Origin: Eledone cirrhosa
Taxonomy: Eukaryota
DNA length: 64,000 nt
Reading direction: 5' to 3'
Assembly (NCBI GenBank): GCA_964016885.1
Contig: OZ024742.1
Coordinates: 376,774,001 to 376,838,000, forward strand
The notes beneath the pieces are model-generated. The model worked only from the letters and a program-made list of their open reading frames with translations. It was not told the DNA's origin and made no database searches. Each line of letters opens with the position of its first letter. Position 1 is the stretch's first letter. A program made the translations under genes and the position numbers. Positions 26,101-40,401 of the stretch are shown in pieces.

Positions 26101-29100
26101 AGGTGTCACACAAAAGCACCCAGTACACACTGTAAAGTGGTCCTGTAGGTGTCACAACAAAAGTGCCCAGTCCACACTGTAAAGTGGTCATGTAGGTGTC
26201 ACACAAAAGTGCCCTGTACACACTGTAAAGTGGTTATGTAGGTGTCATAACAAAAGTGCCCAGTCCACACTGTAAAGTGGTCATGTAGGTGTCACACAAA
26301 AGTGCCCAGTCCACACTGTAAAATGGTCATGTAGGTGTCACACAAAAGCACCCAGTACACACTGTAAAGTGGTTATGTAGGTGTCACAACAAAAAGCACC
26401 CAGTACACACTGTAAAGTGGTCATGTAGGTGTCACAACAAAAGTGCCCAGTCCACACTGTAAAATGGTCATGTAGGTGTCACACAAAAGCACCCAGTACA
26501 CACTGTAAAGTGGTTATGTAGGTGTCACAACAAAAAGCACCCAGTACACACTGTAAAGTGGTCATGTAGGTGTCACAACAAAAAGCACCCAGTACACACT
26601 GTAAAGAGGTCATGTAGATGTCACAACAATAGTGCCCAGCCCACACTATAAAGTGGTTATGTAGGTGTCATGACAAAAGTGCCCAGTCCATACTGTAAAG
26701 TGGTCATGTAGGTGTCTCACAAAAGTGCCCAGTCCACACTGTAAAGTGGTCATGTAGGTGTCACAACAAAAAGCACCCAGTACACACTGTAAAGTGGTCA
26801 TGTAGGTGTCACAACAAAAGTGCCCAGTACCCACTGTAAAGTGGTCATGTAGGTGTCACGACAAAAGTGCCCAGTCCACAGTGTAAAGTGGTTATGTAGG
26901 TGTCACAACAAAAAGCACCCAGTACACTCTGTAAAGAGGTCATGTAGGTGTCACAACAAAAGTGCCCAGCCCACACTATGAAGTGGTTATGTACGTGTCA
27001 CGACAAAAGTGCCCAGTCCATACTGTAAAATGGTCATGTAGGTGTCACAACAAAAGTGCCCAGTCCACACTGTAAAGTGGTCATGTAGGTTTCACGACAA
27101 AAGTGCCCAGTACACACTGTAAAGTGGTCATGTAGGTGTCACAACAAAAGTGCCCAGTCCACACTGTAAAGTGATCATGTAGGTGTCACACAAAAGCACC
27201 CAGTACACACTGTAAAGTGGTTATGTAGGTGTCACAACAAAAGTGCCCAGTCCACACTGTAAAGTGGTCATGTAGGTGTCACACAAAAGCACCCAGTACA
27301 CACTGTAAAGTGGTCATGTAGGTGTCACAACAAAAGTGCCCAGTCCACACTGTAAAGTGGTCATGTAGGTGTCACACAAAAGCACCCAGTACACAGTGTA
27401 AAGTGGTTATGTAGGTGTCACAACAAAAGTGCCCAGTCCACACTGTAAAGTGGTCATGTAGGTGTCACACAAAAGCACCCAGTACACACTGTAAAGTGGT
27501 CCTGTAGGTGTCACAACAAAAGTGCCCAGTCCACACTGTAAAGTGGTCATGTAGGTGTCACACAAAAGTGCCCAGTACACACTGTAAAGTGGTTATGTAG
27601 GTGTCATAACAAAAGTGCCCAGTCCACACTCTAAAGTGGTCATGTAGGTGTCACACAAAAGCACCCAGTACACACTGTAAAGTGGTCCTGTAGGTGTCAC
27701 AACAAAAGTGCCCAGTCCACACTGTAAAATGGTCATGTAGGTGTCACACAAAAGCACCCAGTACACACTGTAAAGTGGTTATGTAGGTGTCACAACAAAA
27801 GCACCCAGTACACACTGTAAAGTGGTCATGTACGTGTCACAACAAAAGTGCCCAGTCCACACTGTAAAGTGGTTATGTAGGTGTCACAACAAAAGTGCCC
27901 AGTCCACACTGTAAAGTGGTCATGTAGGTGTCACTACAAAAGTGCCCAGTCCACACTATAAAGTGGTTATGTAGGTGTCATGACAAAAGTGCCCAGTCCA
28001 CACTGTAAAGTGGTCATGTAGGTGTCATGACAAAAGTGCCCAGTCCATACTGTAAAGTGGTCATATAGGTGTCACAATATAAGTACCCAGTCAACACTGT
28101 AAAATGGTCATGTAGGTGTCACAACAAAAGTGCCCAGTCCACACTGTAAAGTGGTCATGTAGGTGTCAGAACAAAAGTGCCCAGTCCACACTGTAAAGTG
28201 GTCATGTAGGTGTCATGACAAATATGCCCAGTCCATACTGTAAAGTGGTCATGTAGGTGTCAGAACAAAAGTGCCCAGTCCACACTGTAAAGTGGTCATG
28301 TAGGTGTCACGACAAAAGTGCCCAGTCCACACTGTAAAGTGGTCATGTAGGTGTCATGACAAAAGTGCCCAGTCCATACTGTAAAGTGGTCATGTAGGTG
28401 TCACAACAAAAGTGCCCAGTACACACTGTAAAGTGGTCATGTAGGTGTCACAACAAAAAGCACCCAGTACACACTGTAAAGAGGTCACGTAGGTGTCACA
28501 ACAATAGTGCCCAGTCCACACTGTAAAGTGGTCATGTAGGTGTCATGACAAAAGTACCCAGTCCACACTGTAAACTGGTCATGTAGGTGTCATGACAAAA
28601 GTGCCCAGTCCACACTGTAAAGTGGTCATGTAGGTGTCACAACAAAAGTGCCCAGTCCACACTCTAAAGTGGTCATGTAGGTGTCACACAAAAGCACCCA
28701 GTACACACTGTAAAGTGGTCCTGTAGGTGTCACAACAAAAGTGCCCAGTCCACACTGTAAAGTGGTCATGTAGGTGTCACACAAAAGCACCCAGTACACA
28801 CTGTAAAGTGGTTATGTAGGTGTCACACAAAAGCACCCAGTACACACTGTAAAGTGGTTATGTAGGTGTCACAACAAAAGTGCCCAGTCCACACTGTAAA
28901 GTGGTCATGTAGGTGTCACAACAGAAGTGCCCAGTCCTCACTGTAAAGTGGTCATGTAGGTGTCACAACAAAAGTGCCCAGTCCACACTGTAAAGTGGTC
29001 ATGTAGGTGTCACAACAAAAGTGCTCAGTACACACTGTAAAGTGGTCACGTAGGTGTCACGACACAAGTGCCCAGTCCACACTGTAAAGTGGTCATGTAG

Positions 29101-32100
29101 GTGTCATGACAAAAGTGCCCAGTCCATACTGTAAAGTGGTCATGTAGGTGTCACAACAAAAGTACCCAGACCACGCTGTAAAGTGGTCATGTAGGTGTCA
29201 CAACAAAAGTACCCAGTACACACTGTAAAGTGGTCATGTAGGTGTCACGACAAAAGTGCCCAGTACACACTGTAAAGTGGTTATGTAGGTGTCACAACAA
29301 AAGTGCCCAGTCTACACTGTAAAGTGGTCATGTAGGTGTCACAACAAAAGTGCCCAGTACACACTGTAAAGTGGTCATGTAGGTGTTACGACAAAAGTGC
29401 CCAGTCCACACTGTAAAGTGGTTATGTAGGTGTCATGACAAAAGTGCCCAGTCTACACTGTAAAGTGGTCATGTAGGTGTCACGACAAAAGTGCCAAGTA
29501 CACACTGTAAAGTGGTCATGTAGGTGTCACAACAAAAAGCACCCAGTACACACTGTAAAGTGGTTATGTAGGTGTCACAACAAAAGTGCCCAGTCCACAC
29601 TGTAAAGTGGTCATGTAGGTGTCACAACAAAAGTGCCCAGTACACACTGTAAAGTGCTCATGTAGGTGTCACACAGAAGTGCCCAGTCCATACTGTAAAG
29701 TGGTCATGTAGGTGTCACAACAAAAGTGCCCAGTCCACACTGTAAAGTGGTCATGTAGGTGTCACGACAAAAGTGCCCAGTACACACTGTAAAGTGGTCA
29801 TGTAGGTGTCACAACAAAAGTGCCCAGTCCACACTGTAAAGTGGTCATGTAGGTGTCACACAAAACTGCCCAGTACACACTGTAAAGTGGTTATGTAGGT
29901 GTCACAACAAAAGTGCCCAGTCCACACTGTAAAGTGGTCATGTAGGTGTCACACAAAAGCACCCAGTACACACTGTAAAGTGGTCATGTAGGTGTCACAC
30001 AAAAGTGCCCAGTCCACACTGTAAAGTGGTCATGTAGGTGTCACACAAAAGCACCCAGTACACACTGTAAAGTGGTTATGTAGGTGTCACAACAAAAGTG
30101 CCCAGTCCACACTGTAAAGTGGTCATGTAGGTGTCACACAAAAGCACCCAGTACACACTGTAAAGTGGTCCTGTAGGTGTCACAACAAAAGTGCCCAGTC
30201 CACACTCTAAAGTGGTCATGTAGGTGTCACACAAAAGCACCTAGTACACACTGTAAAGTGGTCCTGTAGGTGTCACAACAAAAGTGCCCAGTCCACACTG
30301 TAAAGTGGTCATGTAGGTGTCACACAAAAGTGCCCAGTACACACTGTAAAGTGGTTATGTAGGTGACACAACAAAAGTGCCCAGTCCACACTCTAAAGTG
30401 GTCATGTAGGTGTCATGACAAAAGTGCCCAGTCCACACTGTAAAGTGGTCATGTAGGTGTCACGACAAAAGTGCCCAGTCCACACTGTAAAGTGGTCATG
30501 TAGGTGTCATGACAAAAGTGCCCAGTCCATACTGTAAAGTGGTCATATAGGTGTCACAACAAAAGTACCCAGTCCACACTGTAAAATGGTCATGTAGGTG
30601 TCACAACAAAAGTGCCCAGTCCACACTGTAAAGTGGTCATGTAGGTGTCATGACAAAAGTGCCCAGTCCATACTGTAAAGTGGTCATGTAGGTGTCACAA
30701 CAAAAGTGCCCAGTCCACACTGTAAAGTGGTCATGTAGGTGTCACAACAAAAGTGCCCAGTCCACACTGTAAAGTGGTCATGTAGGTGTCATGACAAAAG
30801 TGCCCAGTACACACTGTAAAGTGGTCATGTAGGTGTCATGACAAAAGTGCCCAGTACACACTGTAAAGTGGTCATGTAGGTGTCACGACAAAAGTGCCCA
30901 GTCCACACTGTAAAGTGGTCATGTAGGTGTCACAACAAAAAGCACCCAGTACACACTGTAAAGAGGTCACGTAGGTGTCACAACAATAGTGCCCAGTCCA
31001 CACTGTAAAGTGGTCATGTAGGTGTCACACAAAAGCACCCAGTACACACTGTAAAGTGGTTGTGTAGGTATCACAACAAAAGTGACCAGTCCACACTGTA
31101 AAGTGGTCATGTAGGTGTCACAACAAAAGTGCCCAGTACACACTGTAAAGTGGTCATGTAGGTGTCACGACAAAAGTGCCCAGTCCACACTGTAAAGTGG
31201 TCATGTAGGTGTCACAACAAAAGTGCCCAGTCCACACTGTAAAGTGGTCATGCACGTGTCACAACAAAAGTGCCCAGTCCACACTGTAAAGTGGTCATGT
31301 AGGTGTCATGACAAAAGTACCCAGTCCACACAGTAAACTGGTCATGTAGGTGTCACGACAAAAGTGCCCAGTCCACACTCTAAAGTGGTCATGTAGGTGT
31401 CACACAAAAGCACCCAGTACACACTGTAAAGTGGTCCTGTAGGTGTCACAACAAAAGTGCCCAGTCCACACTGTAAAGTGGTCATGTAGGTGTCATGACA
31501 AAAGTGCCCAGTCCACACTGTAAACTGGTCATGTAGGTGTCACAACAAAAGTGCCCAGTCCACACTCTAAAGTGGTCATGTAGGTGTCACACAAAAGCAC
31601 CCAGTACACACTGTAAAGTGGTCCTGTAGGTGTCACAACAAAAGTACCCAGTCCACACTGTAAAGTGGTCATGTAGGTGTCACACAAAAGCACCCAGTAC
31701 ACACTGTAAAGTGGTTATGTAGGTGTCACACAAAAGCACCCAGTACACACTGTAAAGTGGTTATGTAGGTGTCACAATAAAAGTGCCCAGTCCACACTGT
31801 AAAGTGGTCATGTAGGTGTCACAACAAAAGTGCCCAGTACACACTGTAAAGTAGTCATGTAGGTGTCACGACAAAAGTGCCCAGTCCACACTGTAAAGTG
31901 GTCATGTAGGTGTCACAACAAAAGTGCCCAGTCCACACTGTAAAGTGGTCATGTAGGTGTCACAACAAAAGTGCCCAGTACACACTGTAAAGTGGTCATG
32001 TAGGTGTCACAACAAAAGTGCCCAGTACACACTGTAAAGTGGTCATGTAGGTGTCACGACAAAAGTGCCCAGTACACACTGTAAAGTGGTCATGTAGGTG

Positions 32101-35100
32101 TCACAACAAAAGTGCCCAGTACACACTGTAAAGTGGTCATGTAGGTGTCACAACAAAAGTGCCCAGTACACACTGTAAAGTGGTCATGTAGGTGTCACAC
32201 AAAAGTGCCCAGTCCACACTGTAAAGTGGTCATGTAGGTGTCACAACAAAAGTGCCCAGTCCACACTGTAAAGTGGTCATGCACGTGTCACAACAAAAGT
32301 GCCCAGTCCACACTGTAAAGTGGTCATGTACGTGTCATGACAAAAGTACCCAGTCCACACTGTAAACTGGTCATGTAGGTGTCATGACAAAAGTGCCCAG
32401 TCCACACTGTAAAGTGGTCATGTAGGTGTCACAACAAAAGTGCCCAGTCCACACTCTAAAGTGGTCATGTAGGTGTCACACAAAAGCACCCAGTACACAC
32501 TGTAAAGTGGTCCTGTAGGTGTCACAACAAAAGTGCCCAGTCCACACTGTAAAGTGGTCATGTAGGTGTCACACAAAAGCACCCAGTACACACTGTAAAG
32601 TGGTTATGTAGGTGTCACACAAAAGCACCCAGTACACACTGTAAAGTGGTTATGTAGGTGTCACAACAAAAGTGCCCAGTCCACACTGTAAAGTGGTCAT
32701 GTAGGTGTCACAACAAAAGTGCCCAGTACACACTGTAAAGTGCTCATGTAGGTGTCACGACAAAAGTGCCCAGTCCACACTGTAAAGTGGTCATGTAGGT
32801 GTCACAACAAAAGTGCCCAGTCCACACTGTAAAGTGGTCATGTAGGTGTCACAACAAAAGTGCCCAGTACACACTGTAAAGTGGTCACGTAGGTGTCACG
32901 ACACAAGTGCCCAGTCCACACTGTAAAGTGGTCATGTAGGTGTCATGACAAAAGTGCCCAGTCCATACTGTAAAGTGGTCATGTAGGTGTTACAACAAAA
33001 GTACCCAGTCCACGCTGTAAAGTGGTCATGTAGGTGTCACAACAAAAGTGCCCAGTACACACTGTAAAGTGGTCATGTAGGTGTCACAACAAAAAGCACC
33101 CAGTACACACTGTAAAGAGGTCATGTAGGTGTCACAACAAAAGTGCCCAGCCCACACTATAAAGTGGTTATGTAGGTGTCACGACAAAAGTGCCCAGTCA
33201 ACACTGTAAAGTGGTTATGTAGGTGTCACGACAAAAGTGCCCAGTCCACACTGTAAAGTGGTCATGTAGGTGTCACAACAAAAGTGCCTAGTCCACACTG
33301 TAAAGTGGTCATGTAGGTGTCACGACAAAAGTGCCCAGTACACACTGTAAAGTGGTTATGTAGGTGTCACAACAAAAGAGCCCAGTCCACACTGTAAAGT
33401 GGTCATGTATGTGTCACACAAAAGTGCCCAGTCCATACTGTAAAGTGGTCATGTAGGTGTCACAACAAAAGTGCCCAGTCCACACTGTAAAGTTGTCATG
33501 TAGGTGTCACAACAAAAAGCACCCAGTACACACTGTAAAGTGGTTATGTAGGTGTCACAACAAAAGAGCCCAGTCCACACTGTAAAGTGGTCATGTATGT
33601 GTCACACAAAAGTGCCCAGTCCATACTGTAAAGTGGTCATGTAGGTGTCACAACAAAGGTGCCCAGTCCACACTGTAAAGTGGTCATGTAGGTGTCACGA
33701 CAAAAGTGCCCAGTACACACTGTAAAGTGGTCATGTAGGTGTCACAACAAAAGTGCCCAGTCCACACTGTAAAGTGGTCATGTAGGTGTCACACAAAAGT
33801 GCCCAGTACACACTGTAAAGTGGTTATGTAGGTGTCACAACAAAAGTGCCCAGTCCACACTCTAAAGTGGTCATGTAGGTGTCACACAAAAGCACCCAGT
33901 ACACTCTGTAAAGTGGTCATGTAGGTGTCACGACAAAAGTGCCCAGTCCACACTGTAAAGTGGTCATGTAGGTGTCACAACAAAAAGCACCCAGTACACA
34001 CTGTAAAGTGGTTATGTAGGTGTCACAACAAAAGTGCCCAGTCCACACTGTAAAGTGGTCATGTCGGTGTCACGACAAAAGTGCCCAGTACACACTGTAA
34101 AGTGGTCGTGTCACGACAAAAGTGCCCAGTACACACTGTAAAGTGGTCATGTAGGTGTCACAACAAAAGTGCCCAGTCCACACTGTAAAGTGGTCATGTA
34201 GGTGTCACACAAAAGTGCCCAGTACACACTGTAAAGTTGTTATGTAGGTGTCACAACAAAAGTGCCCAGTCCACACTCTAAAGTGGTCATGTAGGTGTCA
34301 CACAAAAGCACCCAGTACACTCTGTAAAGTGGTCATGTAGGTGTCACGACAAAAGTGCCCAGTCCACACTGTAAAGTGGTCATGTAGGTGTCACAACAAA
34401 AAGCACCCAGTACACACTGTAAAGTGGTTATGTAGGTGTCACAACAAAAGTGCCCAGTCCACACTGTAAAGTGGTCATGTAGCTGTCACGACTAAAGTGC
34501 CCGGTACACACTGTAAAGTGGTCATGTAGGTGTCACAACAAAAGTGCCCAGTCCACACTGTAAAGTGGTCATGTAGGTGTCACAACAAAAGTGCCCAGTC
34601 CACACTGTAAAGTGGTCATGTAGGTGTCACAACAAACAACACCCAGTCCACACTGTAAAGTTGTCATGTAGGTGTCACAACAAAAGTGCCCAGTCCACAC
34701 TGTAAAGTGGTCGTGTCACGACAAAAGTGCCCAGTACACACTGTAAAGTGGTCATGTAGGTGTCACAACAAAAAGCACCCAGTACACACTGTAAAGTGGT
34801 TATGTAGGTGTCACAACAAAAGTGCCCAGTCCACACTCTAAAGTGGTCATGTAGGTGTCACACAAAAGCACCCAGTACACTCTGTAAAGTGGTCATGTAG
34901 GTGTCACGACAAAAGTGCCCAGTACATACTGTAAAGTGGTCATGTAGGTGTCTCACAAAAGTGCCCAGTACACACTGTCAAGTGGTCATGTAGGTGTCAC
35001 AACAAAAGTGCCCAGTCCACACTGTAAAGTGGTCATGTAGGTGTCACAACAAAAGTGCCCAGTCCACACTGTAAAGTGGTCATGTAGGTGTCACAACAAA

Positions 35101-38100
35101 AGTGCCCAGTACACACTGTAAAGTGGTCATGTAGGTGTCACGACAAAAGCACCCAGTCCACACTGTAAAGTGATCATGTAGGTGTCACAACAAAAGTGCC
35201 CAGTCCACACTGTAAAGTGGTCATGTAGGTGTCACAAAAAAAGTGCCCAGTACATACTGTAAAGTGGTCATGTAGGTGTCACGACAAAAGTGCCCAGTCC
35301 ACACTGTAAAGTGGTCATGTAGGTGTCAACAAAAAGCACCCAGTACACACTGTAAAGTGGTTATGTAGGTGTCACAACAAAAGTGACCAGTCCACACTGT
35401 AAAGTGGTCATGTAGGTGTCACAACAAAGGGGCCCAGTACACACTGTAAAGTGGTCATGTAGGTGTCACAACAAAAGTGCCCAGTCCACACTGTAAAGTG
35501 GTCATGTAGGTGGCACACAAAAGTGCCCAGTACACACTGTTAAGTGGTTATGTAGGTGTCACAACAAAAGTGCCCAGTCCACACTCTAAAGTGGTCATGT
35601 AGGTGTCACACAAAAGCACCCAGTACACACTGTAAAGTGGTCATGTAGGTGTCACAACAAAAGTGCCCAGTCCACACTGTAAAGTGGTCATGTAGGTGTC
35701 ACACAAAAGCACCCAGTACACACTGTAAAGTGGTGATGTAGGTGTCACAACAAAAGTGCCCAGTCCACACTGTAAAGTGGTCATGTAGGTGTCACAACAA
35801 AAGTGCCCAATACACACTGTAAAGTGGTCATGTAGGTGTCACGACAAAAGTGCCCAGTCCACACTGTAAAGTGGTCATGTAGGTGTCACGACAAAAGTGC
35901 CCAGTACATACTGTAAAGTGGTCTTGTAGGTGTCACAACAAAAGTGCCCAGTCCACACTGTAAAGTGGTCATGAAGGTGTCATGACAAAATTGCCCAGTC
36001 CACACTGTAAAGTGGTCATGTAGGTGTCACAACAAAAGTGCCCAGTACATACTGTAAAGTGGTCATGTAGGTGTCACGACAAAAGTGCCCAGTCCACACT
36101 GTAAAGTGGTCATGTAGGTGTCACAATAAAAAGCACCCAGTACACACTGTAAAGTGGTTATATAGGTGTCACAACAAAAGTGCCCAGTCCACATTGTAAA
36201 GTGGTCATGTAGGTGTCACGACAAAAGTGCCCAGTACACACTGTAAAGTGGTCATGTAGGTGTCACGACAAAAGTGCCCAGTACACACTGTAAAGTGTTC
36301 ATGTAGGTGTCACGACAAAAGTGCCCAGTACACACTGTAAAGTGGTCATGTAGGTGTCACAACAAAAGTGCCCAGTCCACACTGTAAAGTGGTCATGTAG
36401 GTGTCAAAACAAAAGTGCCCAGTACACACTGTAAAGTGGTCATGTAGGTGTCACGACAAAAGTGCCCAGTACACACTGGAAAGTGGTCATGTAGGTGTCA
36501 CGACAAAAGTGCCCAGTACATACTGTAAAGTGGTCATGTAGGTGTCACGACAAAAGTGCCCAGTCCACACTGTAAAGTGTTCATGTAGGTGTCACGACAA
36601 AAGTGCCCAGTACACACTGTAAAGTGGTCATGTAGGTGTCACAACAAAAGTGCCCAGTCCACACTGTAAAGTGGTCATGTAGGTGTCAAAACAAAAGTGC
36701 CCAGTACACACTGTAAAGTGGTCATGTAGGTGTCACGACAAAAGTGCCCAGTACACACTGGAAAGTGGTCATGTAGGTGTCACGACAAAAGTGCCCAGTA
36801 CATACTGTAAAGTGGTCATGTAGGTGTCACGACAAAAGTGCCCAGTCCACACTGTAAAGTGGTCATGTAGGTGTCATGACAAAATTGCCCAGTCCACACT
36901 GTAAAGTGGTCATGTAGGTGTCACGACAAAAGTGCCCAGTACATACTGTAAAGTGGTCATGTAGGTGTCACAACAAAAGTGCCCAGTCCACACTGTAAAG
37001 TGGTCATGTAGGTGTCACAACAAAAAGCAACCAGTACACACTGTAAAGTGGTTATGTAGGTGTCACAACAAAAGTGCCCAGTCCACACTGTAAAGTGGTC
37101 GTGTCACGACAAAAGTGCCCAGTCCACACTGTAAAGTGGTCATGTAGGTGTCACGACAAAAGTGCCCAGCCCACACTATAAAGTGGTCATGTAGGTGTCA
37201 CGACAAAAGTGCCCAGCCACACTGTAAAGTGGTCATGTAGGTGTCACGACAAAAGTGCCCAGTCCACACTGTAAAGTGGTCACGTAGGTGTCACGACAAA
37301 AGCACCCAGTCCACACTGTAAAGTGGTCATGTAGGTGTCACAACAAAAGTGCCCAGTCCACACTGTAAAGTGGTCATGTAGGTGTCACAACAAAAGTGCC
37401 CAGTACATACTGTAAAGTGGTCATGTAGGTGTCACGACAAAAGTTCCCAGTCTACACTGTAAAGTGGTCATGTAGGTGTCACAACAAAAGTGCCCAGTCC
37501 ACACTGTAAAGTGGTCATGTACGTGTCACAACAAAAGTACCCAGTCCACACTGTAAAGTGGTCATGTAGGTTTCATGACAAAAGTGCCCAGTCCACACTG
37601 TAAAGTGGTCATGTAGGTGTCACAACAAAAGTCCCCAGTCCACACTGTAAAGTGGTCATGTAGGTGTCACTACAAAAGTTGCCGGGTCCACACTGTAAAG
37701 TGGTCATGTAGGTGTCACAACAAAAGTGCCCAGTACACACTGTAAAGTGGTCATGTAGGTGTTACGACAAAAGTGCCCAGTCCATTCTGTAAAGTGGTCA
37801 TGTAGGTGTCACAACAAAAGTGCCCAGTCCACACTGTAAAGTGGTCATGTAGGTGTCAACAAAAAGCACCCAGTACACACTGTAAAGAGGTCATGTAGGT
37901 GTCACAATAAAAGTGCCCAGCCCACACTATAAAGTGGTTATGTAGGTGTCACGACAAAAGTGCCCAGTCCACACTGTAAAGTGGTCATGTAGGTGTCTCA
38001 CAAAAGTGCCCAGTACACACTGTAAAGTGGTCATGTAGGTGTCACAACAAAAGTGCCCAGTACACACTGTAAAGTGGTTATGTAGGTGTCACGGCAAAAG

Positions 38101-38545
38101 TGCCCAGTCCACACTGTAAAGTGGTCGTGTAGGTGTCATGACAAAAGTGCCCAGTCCGCACTGTAAAGTGGTCATGTAGGTGTCACAACAAAAAGCACCC
38201 AGTACACACTGTAAAGTGGTCATGTAGATGTCATGACAAAAGTGCCCAGTCCACACTGTAAAGTGGTCATGTAGGTGTCACGACAAAAGTGCCCAGTCCA
38301 CACTGTAAAGTGGTCATGTAGGTGTCACAACAAAAAGCACCGAGTACACACTGTAAAGTGGTCATGTAGGTGTCACACAAAAGTGCCCAGTACACACTGT
38401 AAAGTGGTTATGTAGGTGTCACAACAAAAGTGCCCAGTCCACACTCTAAAGTGGTCATGTAGGTGTCACAACAAAAGTGCCCAGTACACTCTGTAAAGTG
38501 GTCATGTAGGTGTTACGATAAAAAGCACCCAGCAGACTCTGTAAA
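20156..38545 (+). repeat. ~18.4-kb satellite, 47-bp unit (46-48 bp variants), about 390 copies
   Basis: Consensus GTAAAGTGGTCATGTAGGTGTCACAACAAAAGTGCCCAGTCCACACT, uninterrupted. Confidence 0.98.
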
Positions 38546-38710
38546 TGTGGTTGGTGTTAGGAAGGGCATCAAGCTGTAGGAACCCAGTGAAAATCAGTTG
38601 TGTTTGAGCGAAACACAGTCCTATGACCTGACCTCTCACAAAGGGTCAGCGTGTCCTACCCATGCTAGCGTGGAAAATGGACGTTGAACGATGATAATTA
38701 TGATGAAGAT
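38546..38710 (+). mobile_element. RTE family B terminal 3' UTR and tail, contiguous with the satellite
   Basis: GTGGTTGGTGTTAGGAAGGGCATC...CCCATGCTAGCGTGGAAAATGGACGTTGAACGATGAT; colinear with 685-846. Confidence 0.88.
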
Positions 38711-38742
38711 ATATATTGTAGATATTATATATGTATATTACA

Positions 38743-38927
38743 GCGGTGAATTGGCAGTATCAGTAGAGCGTTAGACACCATGCTTTACAGCATAGAGTTA
38801 TGGCCCTGAACGTTCTGAGTTCAAATGCCGCCGAGGTTAACTTTACCTTTCATCCTTACGCGGTCGATAAATAAAGTACCAGTAATACACTGGGATAATT
38901 GCTGGATTTGTGCCAAAAGTAGAAACA
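38743..38927 (+). mobile_element. SINE family 1, full length, 19-bp TSD
   Basis: TSD ATTATATATGTATATTACA at 38724-38742 and 38928-38946. Confidence 0.9.
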
Positions 38928-38966
38928 ATTATATATGTATATTACACACAAAACACATATCTCCAC

Positions 38967-39601
38967 TATCATTTTACGTCCCCTTTTCCCTGCTTGCAAG
39001 GGTGGGTCGAGTCCTATTCAGCACAGCATCTCTCCACTTGTCACGGTCCTTCATCATCTCCTCCGTGAGCTTCAGCAATCTGAGGTCTGCTCTCACCACC
39101 TCCGGCCATGTTTTTCCTGGTCTTCTTCTACTGCGTCTTCCTTCTACTGGGATTTCTTGGCACTTCTTTACCCAGGGGTCATCCTCCATGCGCATCACAT
39201 GTCCATACCATCGCAGCCTTCTCTCCTGCACACCACAATCTATCCCTGTTATACACAGTTTCTCTCTCAACTCGTCTATGCTTGGTCGTTCACGCACATT
39301 GACATTGCACATCCAACGGAGCATACTAGCCTCATTTCTCTCCAGCCGTCGCATATCCTCTGCAGTTGCTACCCATGTCTCACTACCATGCAACATCGCA
39401 TTCCTCACACAGGCATCATATAACCGGCCTTTTGTTCGCAGGGAGAAACCCTTCTTTGTCAACAGAGGAAGCAGCTCCCTAAACTTCTTCCAACCCGTCC
39501 TTATTCTAGATACTATGGCCTTGGAACACCCCCCTCCCTACTTCCCATCCTAATCTGATCTCCTAGGTACCAGAAGCTATCAACCACTTCTATAGAACCT
39601 A
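38967..39601 (-). mobile_element. RTE family A, 5'-truncated copy
   Basis: ORF 38974-39462 ([20 protein letters not shown]...RRLRWYGHV); colinear with 16420-17040. Confidence 0.92.
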
Positions 39602-39690
39602 GATGAAGATATATATTATAGATATTATATATGTATATATTACACACATATATATAAATATATATTTTCTGTGTGAAATCTATTTTCCAG

Positions 39691-39885
39691 AAGGAGCAAC
39701 AGTTGTGGACAGTTGACATGAAACTTGGTTACAGTGATTCCCTAGCCATGTTTCAGTTGATGAAATTCCTCAGTAACATTTACTTTGACGTTGATACACA
39801 TCATCTCATCATGGCTGACAACGAGACACAAACTCATAAAGATAAAACTTCTCAAGAGAAATATTCTGCAAGCAAGAAATCCCAG
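39691..39885 (+). CDS. IQCH: IQCH-like exon D (about 195 bp; 3' boundary less certain)
   Basis: ttttccAG acceptor. [29 protein letters not shown] continues IQCH (EQQVWA..L.L.YSD.LA). Weak donor CAG|GTTGTA gives phase 0, compatible with exon E. Confidence 0.82.
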
Positions 39886-40035
39886 GTTGTACAACACAGT
39901 TTTTGTTAGAAAATAATGACATATATATGTATATGTATATATATATGTATATATATATGTATATATATATATGTATATATTATATATACATATATATATA
40001 CATGTTATACACACACAGATACACACACACATATA

Positions 40036-40084
<49 letters not shown>

Positions 40085-40401
40085 ATATATATACATATAT
40101 ATATATACATATATATATATATACTTATATATATATATATCTAATATATATATACTTATATATATATATAAATGTAAGTATGTATGTATACGTACATACA
40201 TATATGTATACAGACGTACAGTAGCATGCATATATATATATATATATATACATATATACATACAGGTACACATACATATATGCATGTATCAGTTTAGCGG
40301 ACGCTTATTATAACGCCGCTTTGTTCATTTGTAAACAAACTGAACAGCCTGAATTTATGCCGTACGGTGTTAAGGCAACCACGTCACCTTTTTGTTCAAC
40401 A

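Noticed and set aside
20156-38545. CRISPR array-like regular repeat
   Set aside because: Units are head-to-tail with no unique spacers, there are no cas genes, the context is eukaryotic, and the unit derives from an RTE 3' UTR.
39903-40313. YI/IY-repeat ORFs here and at other (TA)n tracts
   Set aside because: Dinucleotide microsatellite translations.
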